Shown here: positions 17,201-25,519 of the stretch, one piece after another
Numbering within the stretch: position 1 is the first letter of the stretch
How the letters are laid out: each line of letters opens with the position of its first letter
Source of the DNA: Deltaproteobacteria bacterium
GTDB lineage: Bacteria > Desulfobacterota > Desulfobacteria > Desulfobacterales > ETH-SRB1
Direction of reading: 5' to 3'
NCBI GenBank assembly: GCA_030627405.1
Contig: DAOUSD010000001.1
Coordinates: 1-54,907 of the forward strand
Length of the DNA: 54,907 nucleotides
The notes under the pieces: generated by a model
What the model was told of the DNA's origin: nothing
What the model saw: only the letters and a program-made list of their open reading frames with translations
The model's database searches: none
Made by a program: the position numbers and the translations under genes

Positions 17201-17533
17201 ATCAGACATATTCTTTTTCTGGTCTGAAGTTTTCTTTTTATCTGCGGCTGCTACATTTTTAGCTGCGGCAATTAATTGTGCTGTATTTTCTTTTTGTTGT
17301 TGCTTGCCAAGGCTTATTAAAGAATTGAATTTGCGAGTCTCGTTCTCTACTTGTATTATGCTTTTCTTTGCATTCTGAGCATCCTTATCTAGCTGGTCAA
17401 ACCCTGAATCTGGAAGTGTTTTCTTTAATTCCTGTGCTGCTGATAAAAGCTTTTGGAATTCAGCTACTATTTCCGAAAATACCTTTAAGGCTTCCGGCGT
17501 GATTATATCATTCTTTTGAATTGTTCCGCTCAT
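14246..17533 (-). CDS. Tail tape measure protein
   Basis: 1095 aa, coiled-coil and K/A/E-rich. The core motif is [48 protein letters not shown], and a hydrophobic G/A-rich C-terminal segment is present. Confidence 0.9.
   Translation of the reverse strand: [1095 protein letters not shown]
17040..17290 (-). repeat. Imperfect coding repeats in the tape measure N-terminus
   Basis: Protein repeats LIAAAKNVA...DQKK, [15 protein letters not shown]...DQKK and [15 protein letters not shown], with a nucleotide period of about 108. Confidence 0.5.
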
Positions 17534-18236
17534 TGTTCTCTTTTATATCTTTCAATACTCCTACCCACTCTTCAAGTAAAATATTTCCATCAATAGAATA
17601 TCCCTGCTTTCTTATCTGTGCCAACATCATAAAGAAGTCGCTATGATTGCTTTCTTCTTCTGTATTTTTTAAGTTTCTTAGTTCATAGTTAGTTATCCGT
17701 CCTTTTATCTTCTGTAATAGCTGCTCTGGATTATCACCTTTTATTCCAATCTCAGCCAATGCCTCGTAGCCTTCATCCATCCCAATGGTTGCTAATTGCA
17801 ATCCTGTATTCATTATCACAAGGTCACAATCCCACGCAACATCTTTCCTTTTAGTTTTAAGGAATATTTCAAAAGAGCTTTCATCGATTTCGCGGAAATA
17901 TCTTTCAACTATTTCCCTCCATCTATTTTTTTGATGCTCTGGCTTTGCCTCGCCCAGAAGATTCATCGTTTTTACCCACTGATTGTTCAGTCGTTTTATT
18001 TCGGTTGCTAGTTCCTCTGGATTTGAGATCAGTAGATTTTGTTGACTTTTTACTACTTGATTCAGGTTTTTCTGAATCTGGTAATACATTTTTGCTTTTA
18101 TGGTCTCGAAACTTAATAATTTCGATAACTCCCCTTCCTCTGTCGACTGAATCTTTTTCCTCATAGTCATATAATCTACTGAAACCTCGTTGTGTCCATG
18201 TATGAAATTGAACATCCACTTCCATGTGAGCTGCAA
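17508..18236 (-). CDS. Tail assembly chaperone-region ORF B (possible T-like part); true start uncertain
   Basis: The 242-aa frame opens right after a TAA at 18240..18242. The track start is TTG, with internal ATGs at 18170 and 18164. The translation looks helical. It overlaps the tape measure start by 26 nt. Confidence 0.5.
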   Translation of the reverse strand: MQLTWKWMFNFIHGHNEVSVDYMTMRKKIQSTEEGELSKLLSFETIKAKMYYQIQKNLNQVVKSQQNLLISNPEELATEIKRLNNQWVKTMNLLGEAKPEHQKNRWREIVERYFREIDESSFEIFLKTKRKDVAWDCDLVIMNTGLQLATIGMDEGYEALAEIGIKGDNPEQLLQKIKGRITNYELRNLKNTEEESNHSDFFMMLAQIRKQGYSIDGNILLEEWVGVLKDIKENNERNNSKE

Positions 18237-18303
18237 ACTTTATTGCTTTTTCTCGCATTACGTCTTTCTTCTGACGTTCTGTATTTCCACAATTACATCC
18301 CAT
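17923..18303 (-). CDS. Tail assembly chaperone-region ORF A (possible G-like part)
   Basis: 126-aa ATG ORF that overlaps ORF B by 314 nt. It ends ...TCA AAA AAA TAG, with the A7 run at 17926..17932. Confidence 0.4.
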   Translation of the reverse strand: MGCNCGNTERQKKDVMREKAIKFAAHMEVDVQFHTWTQRGFSRLYDYEEKDSVDRGRGVIEIIKFRDHKSKNVLPDSEKPESSSKKSTKSTDLKSRGTSNRNKTTEQSVGKNDESSGRGKARASKK

Positions 18304-18314
18304 AACTTAAATTT

Positions 18315-18776
18315 TTAGTAACCTAATTGCTGTCTTATTCCTATCATTAATTCTGGAAATATTTGCTCCCTAAACTCCGATAAGTTTTCCTTTGTAAGTC
18401 CAAAAATTAATTGACCACCATCCTTGCTGTGCTGTTCTTTAACTAGCCTTTCAAGATAATTAGTTTTGATATCAAAAGAATCCACGATTATATTGCCTTC
18501 CAAGTCAAAATCTATTACAATACCTTGTTGAAAATTACCATGCAAATGCAAATCATACTGCCCGTAGTCAGCCAATGTGCCAAGTATCTGCTTTTCGTCT
18601 GAATAAGATTTCCACTTTAATATTCCTAATATGCTACCATCAGATGCTTCCCCTAAAAGCTGCTGCATCTTAATATGACCTATCAGGCTTTCTTTCTTTT
18701 TGACAACAGCACGCTTAAACACTTCCGTAATGTCAATCTTCTTAAACTTCTCTAATTGTTGCTCTATCTTGTTCAT
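18315..18776 (-). CDS. Hypothetical tail-module protein
   Basis: 153-aa ORF between the major tail protein and the chaperone-like pair. Confidence 0.6.
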   Translation of the reverse strand: MNKIEQQLEKFKKIDITEVFKRAVVKKKESLIGHIKMQQLLGEASDGSILGILKWKSYSDEKQILGTLADYGQYDLHLHGNFQQGIVIDFDLEGNIIVDSFDIKTNYLERLVKEQHSKDGGQLIFGLTKENLSEFREQIFPELMIGIRQQLGY

Positions 18777-18783
18777 TGAAAAG

Positions 18784-18806
18784 AAAGGGGTATTTTACGC
18801 CCCTTT
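18784..18806 (-). terminator. Rho-independent terminator or attenuator after the major tail gene
   Basis: The minus strand reads AAAGGGG-cgtaaaata-CCCCTTT followed by cttttc. It fills the 33-nt gap between 18810 and 18776. Confidence 0.55.
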
Positions 18807-18809
18807 ATT

Positions 18810-19667
18810 TTATATTCCTGAAGCTACTGCACCACTCGATATTACCATCACCGTATCAGTTCTGTCAACAGGAGATGCTAGGTCAACATCACCAGCCATT
18901 CCGACACCTGTAATAGTGTACTGTCCTCTGACACTTGCACTCTCAACAGCCGAACTTACCGTTCCTGTTGCTATTGTCCAATCAGCAGATGTTAATCCTA
19001 ATCCGCTAATCTGCTTAGACTGACCGCCACAATCGGCTGCTATGTCAACTACTATTGTAGTAGCTGTTGCTCCGGCAGAAACAGTTAATGTAACCTCAGT
19101 TAATCCATCAACATCAGCTAAGTCCCATGCCATTTTACGAGAGTAATCATATTCGTTTAGGTCTTTGTCTGACACCAAATCAACGACTACTTTAACCATT
19201 TCCCTGTCGCTCATTGTAGGCAATGTTGCCTTTTCAATGTTTACGTCTGCGATGCGAAGCGGAATAACATTTGTTCCTGCATCAATAGTGCGTCCTCTTA
19301 TTACGTCACCATAATACATATATAATCCCTGTTGAAATCCACGGAAATTAAGCAATTGCTTTTTAACGCATTCGTTTAAGTCGAAGTGAGCAGAAAAGCG
19401 ATAATCACCTTGTTCCATTAGTTTCCTTGATCCATCGTCATAATCATGATAAGTTGGCTCAGTAGATAAATCCTCAAAGCCTTTCATGTTATGTAATGGG
19501 AATATCTGCTGTGCCTGAACAGCGTCCTCCATCGTTGCTTGCAATAGAAAATTTGCAGCAGTTGATGTGTTCCCGTCTATTGCAAAGCCCAATCCGGTAG
19601 GCTTACCGAATCTGCTGTTCTTGTCGCAATAGTTCTGTCCTGTGTAACCTGTAGTATCACATGCCAT
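18810..19667 (-). CDS. Major tail protein candidate
   Basis: 285 aa, positioned between the neck genes and the chaperone/tape-measure genes. It has a beta-rich C-terminal T/S/A/G segment and is followed by a terminator. Confidence 0.6.
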   Translation of the reverse strand: MACDTTGYTGQNYCDKNSRFGKPTGLGFAIDGNTSTAANFLLQATMEDAVQAQQIFPLHNMKGFEDLSTEPTYHDYDDGSRKLMEQGDYRFSAHFDLNECVKKQLLNFRGFQQGLYMYYGDVIRGRTIDAGTNVIPLRIADVNIEKATLPTMSDREMVKVVVDLVSDKDLNEYDYSRKMAWDLADVDGLTEVTLTVSAGATATTIVVDIAADCGGQSKQISGLGLTSADWTIATGTVSSAVESASVRGQYTITGVGMAGDVDLASPVDRTDTVMVISSGAVASGI

Positions 19668-19671
19668 AATA

Positions 19672-20211
19672 TTAACAATTATTGTATTTTTTAATTTTTA
19701 AATCTTTAAATCGTATCTCAATAGCATCCAGGTGATCATTGAATATCGACCCATCAACTCCGTACACTGCTTCTTTACCCCAAAAAACTCTGTCGAATTT
19801 AGAATACTCAATGTCTTCAATCGAAGTAACGTCGAAATAATCACTCTTAGCTATGCTGGCCAATAAGTACTGCCAAATAGGATAAAGAATAGGCTTAAAT
19901 GAATATTGATAACGCAAATCACTAGTATAATTCTGATTAGTGTCAGTAACAATAACAATTTTTACTTCTGGGATGGTGTACTCAAACACGCCCCTGCCAG
20001 CAGATTGTTCCTCAAAGTCTTGGATCAATATAATCAAAGGATACTTCTTTTCTTTTTCAGAATCGTCAGTATCTTTAATCGTAAGCCGTTTTAGAATGTC
20101 CAGAATGTGACCATACATATAATAAGGCTTTTCCTCACTATTATAAAGTAACTTAACGTTATCTACAACGCTTCCAAGAACATCTACGAAATATCTGCTA
20201 TCAATTGTCAT
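19672..20211 (-). CDS. Tail terminator or tail completion candidate
   Basis: 179 aa. The call rests on synteny only, and there is a 4-nt overlap with the upstream gene. Confidence 0.4.
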   Translation of the reverse strand: MTIDSRYFVDVLGSVVDNVKLLYNSEEKPYYMYGHILDILKRLTIKDTDDSEKEKKYPLIILIQDFEEQSAGRGVFEYTIPEVKIVIVTDTNQNYTSDLRYQYSFKPILYPIWQYLLASIAKSDYFDVTSIEDIEYSKFDRVFWGKEAVYGVDGSIFNDHLDAIEIRFKDLKIKKYNNC

Positions 20212-20819
20212 ATTCCAAATGCGTTAATCTTCCATAGAGGGGCGAAAACCCAATCTTCATAATCAGTTAAATTCGCCAATAGGAAATTAAATAAACTTGG
20301 TTCTGCGTTAATATGGGAGTAATTGCCATTATCAAGGAAAAAATCAGGATATCTTTTATAGTATCTGTTTTGTTTCCCATGAATATTTGCCAAATCATTC
20401 CATACACTAACCATTTTTACTATTGCCGAATGAGCGACTGAATTTTCACCCTTTCCTTTTCTCTCTCCTAAACCTGAATTGAAACTTTCAACATTCACTC
20501 TATTCTTATAGTATATATAATTTGCTATCGGTGAAATCTTTTCATCATTCACTAATCCTTCCCATTTAGTATTTATAGTTCTACCATTGTACTCAAATGA
20601 GAATTCTGCACCGTTAATCAACTCATTATAATTAGTGTACACACTAGCGTCTATTTCTGCCTGAACAGCTTTCCATAGCGTGTATCCAAGTAATAATTTT
20701 AGATATTCCGGTTCATACCTTACTATTGCAGCGATTAATGGTGCTTTTAGTTCAGCTGTTGAACCAAATGGCACATTAATGTCGCGAACAAAATAACTTG
20801 TATCAATCAGGTTTGCCAT
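20208..20819 (-). CDS. Head-tail connector or neck protein candidate
   Basis: 203 aa, synteny only. Confidence 0.4.
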   Translation of the reverse strand: MANLIDTSYFVRDINVPFGSTAELKAPLIAAIVRYEPEYLKLLLGYTLWKAVQAEIDASVYTNYNELINGAEFSFEYNGRTINTKWEGLVNDEKISPIANYIYYKNRVNVESFNSGLGERKGKGENSVAHSAIVKMVSVWNDLANIHGKQNRYYKRYPDFFLDNGNYSHINAEPSLFNFLLANLTDYEDWVFAPLWKINAFGI

Positions 20820-20825
20820 TACTTA

Positions 20826-21104
20826 TTATTCTATTCCAAGTTCTTTTCTGCGGTCTACCAAAACTGAGATAACGCCTTTCCTTTCATCAGAATCAAATTG
20901 CTTCAATTCTTCATGGTCGGTTATGGCATTAATCAATTTAGCTGTTTCTTTAACGTTAATCGGAGGCTCTGGGTCAATAACAACTGAATTGGAACGTTTT
21001 TTCTTTACGATAAAAGCATCCAACTCTTTGTTGTCAATCTCCAATTTCTCACAGATCAATCCAACAGCTAACCTAAACCTACGTGTTCCTCTAATATTTA
21101 CCAT
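20826..21104 (-). CDS. Small head-tail module protein
   Basis: 92-aa ORF, synteny only. Confidence 0.45.
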   Translation of the reverse strand: MVNIRGTRRFRLAVGLICEKLEIDNKELDAFIVKKKRSNSVVIDPEPPINVKETAKLINAITDHEELKQFDSDERKGVISVLVDRRKELGIE

Positions 21105-21106
21105 AA

Positions 21107-21574
21107 TTAATTTCGTTTAGTATAAATATAAACCTTCGGAATCGTAACAGCAGTACCAGTTTGCAGATAAATTAACTTGTAATAAGGATATAGGTAGTTA
21201 TCTAAACTAATTACTTCAGTATCCATTGCATCGGCCGTCAAACTAGTCACTGTTATAGTGTCTCCATTTGCCTGATAATTAACACCATCAATAGAGTTAT
21301 AACCTATAATAGTACCACCCGCAGTGCCAGAAACAAAATCAGAATATAATTTAATTGTGAAATCCTGAGTTTGCCCATATCTGGATGATGATTTTACCCT
21401 ATAGACAAAATTTAGAGTATCGGCATTTGTCAAAGTATCCAATGTTGTTCCCCAGATATATTTATACGACTGAGATGAAATAGTAGCGTCAGGAGTAACC
21501 TCCGTTGGAGTAGTCTGTGCATTTGCTACAAAAACACTAACTACTAATGCTAAAATAAATAATAATTTTTTCAT
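21107..21574 (-). CDS. Beta-rich protein with a signal-like N-terminus, in the position of a decoration protein
   Basis: 155 aa. The N-terminus is MKKLLFILALVVSVFVANAQ. It lies immediately downstream of the capsid gene. Confidence 0.5.
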   Translation of the reverse strand: MKKLLFILALVVSVFVANAQTTPTEVTPDATISSQSYKYIWGTTLDTLTNADTLNFVYRVKSSSRYGQTQDFTIKLYSDFVSGTAGGTIIGYNSIDGVNYQANGDTITVTSLTADAMDTEVISLDNYLYPYYKLIYLQTGTAVTIPKVYIYTKRN

Positions 21575-21576
21575 GA

Positions 21577-22995
21577 TTATACTCCTTTATCAATTGTGTT
21601 AATATCGGCAGTTGGATTTGTTGAAACAACAATTCCGGCAGGTTTTCCAACTCCAAATGCAGCTCTCATTTCAAATACAATAGTACGCATACCTTCAGTA
21701 AGGTCAGAACCATCCAAGCCAATTTCGAAGTTAATATCCTCACGGATACCAATTTCAGCAGCTTCGTTCCACATTACGGTTACTTTAGAAGTGGTCGGTA
21801 TTTTGTTTTTGATAACAGCTAATCCGTGTACACGTACAAGATTACCCATAGTATCATAAACAATACCGCGAGCTTGCAAGTAGTTTTCATCCAGGTCTTT
21901 TAACCCTTCGATTTCATCTATCTGAGTAGGATGAAGAACAACAGCATTAACATCTTGATCTGCATTGTAAGCTTGTAGCCTCATTTTGCGAATCAAGTCT
22001 ACAATGTTAGCAGCCTCTACGGTATTTTCAAAAGTAGCAGCTACAAAAGCTGTGTAATTACCGGCAACATACATACCTTTAATATCGGTTGAATTATCTC
22101 CTGTTGCAGAGAAAATCCTTGTATCCAAAGTTGTCAAAATTTTGTCCGGTGCGATACGGTTCAATTTGCTAACTAAACGGTCAATATCTGCCAGATTCTC
22201 TTTCGATACTCTAAAGTGAGTAGCAATAGTGAATACTTTAAATTCAAGAGTTTTGAATTTCAATGAAGATTTTCCACTTGCAGTACCGTCTGCCGCCTTC
22301 AGTGCAGATCCATCAAAGTAAGTGTACTCAACAAGAACACCCATGTACTTGTCTACAATTGGGTCAGTTGGCAAGAATTGAATAGCATGAGTATCTTTCG
22401 TAAGATCGATAAGCACATCACGCATTTTGTAATCGGTCAAGAAACCAATATTTACACCTGGGTCTTGTCCGGGAGTCAAAGTTAATGCAGTGGTCATGTC
22501 AATAGCAGCTTTTAAGGAAATCTTTGTGCTGTTATTGTCATATCCTTTCATCATTTTGGCTTTCTTCCCGCGAGTTGCATCCACAACATATTCTTCAATA
22601 TGTCCAGCACCTTTTAAGGCATCATACAGCAATGTACCAAAGCCTTTTTTACCTTCTTTTTGCTCCAATTTGCCACCCTTCATCTCTTTAATTTCGAGTT
22701 GTGACTTTTTAAGGTCGTCCTGAACTTTTGCAAGATCGTCACTTACTTTCTTTAATTCAGCATTGGTAAAATCTTTCGATTTTTTCTCCAACTTCTCAAG
22801 CTCTGCATCTACTTCTGTTTTTGTCATTTTGCCAGCAGCAGCCTCAGTGGCAATCCTCTTGTACTCATCCTTGAATGAATCAAGTTGAGACTTGTTCCTA
22901 TCAGATGTATAAGCCGCCAATTCCCCAGTTGATAAACCTTTTACTTGTTCATCATTGAGTTCAATAAACTTACCATCCTTCATCCAAATTTTCAT
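21577..22995 (-). CDS. Major capsid protein, HK97 fold, with an N-terminal coiled-coil delta domain
   Basis: 472 aa. The K/E-rich N-terminal ~110 aa look scaffold-like, and the remainder resembles the Phage_capsid family. It is located after the protease. Confidence 0.85.
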   Translation of the reverse strand: MKIWMKDGKFIELNDEQVKGLSTGELAAYTSDRNKSQLDSFKDEYKRIATEAAAGKMTKTEVDAELEKLEKKSKDFTNAELKKVSDDLAKVQDDLKKSQLEIKEMKGGKLEQKEGKKGFGTLLYDALKGAGHIEEYVVDATRGKKAKMMKGYDNNSTKISLKAAIDMTTALTLTPGQDPGVNIGFLTDYKMRDVLIDLTKDTHAIQFLPTDPIVDKYMGVLVEYTYFDGSALKAADGTASGKSSLKFKTLEFKVFTIATHFRVSKENLADIDRLVSKLNRIAPDKILTTLDTRIFSATGDNSTDIKGMYVAGNYTAFVAATFENTVEAANIVDLIRKMRLQAYNADQDVNAVVLHPTQIDEIEGLKDLDENYLQARGIVYDTMGNLVRVHGLAVIKNKIPTTSKVTVMWNEAAEIGIREDINFEIGLDGSDLTEGMRTIVFEMRAAFGVGKPAGIVVSTNPTADINTIDKGV

Positions 22996-22998
22996 ATT

Positions 22999-23835
22999 TT
23001 AATTTTTTAAAAGTGATAAATAAAAATTTCTTTTCTCGTTTTGAGTGTCCTGTTTTGACGGCTCGGTATCCTGTTTGTGAGTGTCCTGTTTTGACGGCTC
23101 ACTTTTGTTATTTTCTAATGTAGGTGTCACAAAATTGCTACCCATTGGAACCGCACTGCCTTCAATTGCCTTAGCTTCCAAAACATACCAAAAATATCCT
23201 AGTTTTTCGGCAGTGTCCTTATTGGCTATGTCTGGATAGTATTTGTTCCATGCTTCGAATTCATTTGGGTAATCTTCGTTATTGATAGCCAGGTCATACT
23301 TAATGTAACGCATTCCTACCGAATGATTTTTAACCCATCCATTCGCGTATTGATTAAACATTTCTTCATTACGCTTCTTTTCGATTGTAGATTCAAAAAC
23401 TAAAGCCTGCGTTTTGCCTTCAAAGTTATAACCAAGCTCTGACCAAGAATAATCTTTTGTGTAAGCCTTTAGATTTTTACCATCTGAAATAATACTTGAA
23501 AATGCCATTCTATGCTCCTGCAAGTGCATTATACTTTTGTTTTCACTTAGGCTTTTTTTCCAAATACCCCTAATATGAACATCAGAATGCGAATCCATCA
23601 AATTAGTTGTATTGATAATTACAATTACTTTAATTTCATCCATATTACTGGCATCAAAAGACTCATTAGCCTTGGCAGCATCTTCTTTTGACCTTACAAT
23701 TGTTGGAGAAAAAGAAATACAGTCGGCTTTTTTTAGCTCAGCCATTTTTTGTGCTGCTAAACTATTCTTGTTTTTGTATAAAAACTTAAATAGCTCTTCT
23801 TTTGTTTTGAATTTATCTTCGTCAAATAGTTCCAT
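22999..23835 (-). CDS. Prohead serine protease (HK97/S78-like)
   Basis: 278 aa between the portal and capsid genes. It contains the segment NLMDSHSDVHIRGIWKKSL ... LQEHRM. Confidence 0.7.
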   Translation of the reverse strand: MELFDEDKFKTKEELFKFLYKNKNSLAAQKMAELKKADCISFSPTIVRSKEDAAKANESFDASNMDEIKVIVIINTTNLMDSHSDVHIRGIWKKSLSENKSIMHLQEHRMAFSSIISDGKNLKAYTKDYSWSELGYNFEGKTQALVFESTIEKKRNEEMFNQYANGWVKNHSVGMRYIKYDLAINNEDYPNEFEAWNKYYPDIANKDTAEKLGYFWYVLEAKAIEGSAVPMGSNFVTPTLENNKSEPSKQDTHKQDTEPSKQDTQNEKRNFYLSLLKN

Positions 23836-23945
23836 GACGTTATTTTTTAATTATTTCGTTCCGGTCAATTTTATCCTGTTTCATTTTGCGAAGTTTTTCA
23901 ATTTCTTTTTTATCAAACTTCTTCCCTTTGCCTGTTTCGGTATCA

Positions 23946-25358
23946 TTATCCGTTTTCATCAGTATTTGAATTTAAAGTATAATTACCTTTTATTTTGAAA
24001 ATATCTTCATCTGACATTTCGGTAATTCGTATTTTAGCCCAAGGTTTATCAATAGCTGCTACGCCTAGTGCCTGTAGCCAGTAATTATAAGTTGTAGCTC
24101 CCGAAAAGAACAATTCTTTCTGAACTGTATTTATATTCTTATTAATTTCTGAACGGTCTTTTACATTTTCTTGTAGAACAGGAATATGATCAAAACTAAC
24201 AATGTATTCATAATTGAAATCCCTACATTTTAACCAGTTGTTGATGTCCTCCCATCTATCATTCTCTTCTGGGATCGTAGTATTTTGGTACATCCTGCGC
24301 TCAGAACTTTCCTGATTCTCAAATGTAGCTCCTTTCATGTACAGCTTAACAAGTACTTCTGGGACTCCATATCTTTCAGCTACTATCATGCCATCTGATG
24401 CTATTTCATTTAAAAGACCAAGTTTTCTTACGTCCTGATCAATATTATGAACAGCAATATTCTGACGAGTAACCATGAATTGCTTTTGGCCTTTCATGAA
24501 TCCATAACCTTCCGGGCCTGTCAAATCTTCCTGGACTTCTTTCTTTTCATCATCATCCATTGGGATAGCACCAAGATTGCCATCCTTACTTGCATTGGAG
24601 ATAATTGCTCTCATGCCACGATCAGATGCAATCGCATTTCTACTCTCGTAAGCTATTTTAATATTAGACAAAGGCCATGTAAGAGAGACTTGACGAGATT
24701 CACCTAATATCAAATCATCGGTTGATCTTAATCTTACATTCGGCTCCTTCCGGTGAAGTATTTCATTTGTAGAAAAATCTTTCTTATACGTTCCCCACTG
24801 CCATTCCCATCCTTTTAGAATAGAATCAAGACTTGCAGCATCAAAATATTTTCCGGTTATTGACGGCTTCATATATTGTGGCCACACCCCCCACATATAA
24901 GCAATGTCTTTAATATTTACATCATTAGTTACGCTATTACCGTAAATGTAGGCATTCCCGAAAACATCTTTAAAAATAGATGCTAATGAAAGAAATTCTT
25001 TTGTAGATTGAAGTGGGTTTGGATTATTTTTTAGCCGGAACATAGATCTTAGAATCGCATCGCTTGATTTGCTTTTCTTAAAATCTTTATCAGTGATTAT
25101 TTCGCCTGTTATAATGTTTCTTACACTGACAGTTGCATTTGCAGAATAATCAGCCTTGATATTAATAACAGACGACAAGACTGGATTTATTCGATATTCA
25201 TTTTCTAATGCAGTGTAGTTATTAAGAGTAGTGAATCTGGCATTTCCACCCATTAAGGCAGTGGCCATATTTGTCAATGAAATGTTAGGAACAGACTTCG
25301 AAATCGTTCCACCAATTAATTTTTGAGCACCCCAGAGCTTAATCCTATCAAAAGCCAT
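23946..25358 (-). CDS. Portal protein
   Basis: 470 aa between the large terminase and the protease. Size and position fit, but no motif was verified. Confidence 0.7.
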   Translation of the reverse strand: MAFDRIKLWGAQKLIGGTISKSVPNISLTNMATALMGGNARFTTLNNYTALENEYRINPVLSSVINIKADYSANATVSVRNIITGEIITDKDFKKSKSSDAILRSMFRLKNNPNPLQSTKEFLSLASIFKDVFGNAYIYGNSVTNDVNIKDIAYMWGVWPQYMKPSITGKYFDAASLDSILKGWEWQWGTYKKDFSTNEILHRKEPNVRLRSTDDLILGESRQVSLTWPLSNIKIAYESRNAIASDRGMRAIISNASKDGNLGAIPMDDDEKKEVQEDLTGPEGYGFMKGQKQFMVTRQNIAVHNIDQDVRKLGLLNEIASDGMIVAERYGVPEVLVKLYMKGATFENQESSERRMYQNTTIPEENDRWEDINNWLKCRDFNYEYIVSFDHIPVLQENVKDRSEINKNINTVQKELFFSGATTYNYWLQALGVAAIDKPWAKIRITEMSDEDIFKIKGNYTLNSNTDENG

Positions 25359-25377
25359 TGATATTATTTATGGTTTG

Positions 25378-25398
25378 CACAAAGTTATAGATAAAATC
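25378..25398 (-). promoter_or_regulatory. Late promoter candidate (same 21-mer as 13450..13470)
   Basis: The plus strand reads cacaaagttatagataaaatc, which gives TAACTTTG on the minus strand. 21 nt separate the box from the portal ATG. Confidence 0.5.
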
Positions 25399-25519
25399 GA
25401 ATTATGCAAAATCTATCATAAATAAAATTGAATAGATAAAATCTATCAGTTTTCACAAAAAGAAAGAGAGAATCTATTGACTCCCTCTTTTGCTTCATTT
25501 TTAATGTGATTTTATGGTT

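Noticed and set aside
14550-17378. Plus-strand ORFs inside the tape measure gene (14550..14735, 14961..15248, 15963..16184, 16461..16787, 16818..17378)
   Set aside because: These are antisense shadows of a K/A/E-rich gene. Their translations are low-complexity and F/S/A-rich, and there is no room for them in the compact late operon.
18300-18360. Canonical -1 frameshift from the 153-aa ORF (18776..18315) into ORF A
   Set aside because: ORF A is indeed in the -1 frame of the 153-aa gene. However, that frame carries a TAA two codons before the ATG at 18303, so no fusion product is possible.
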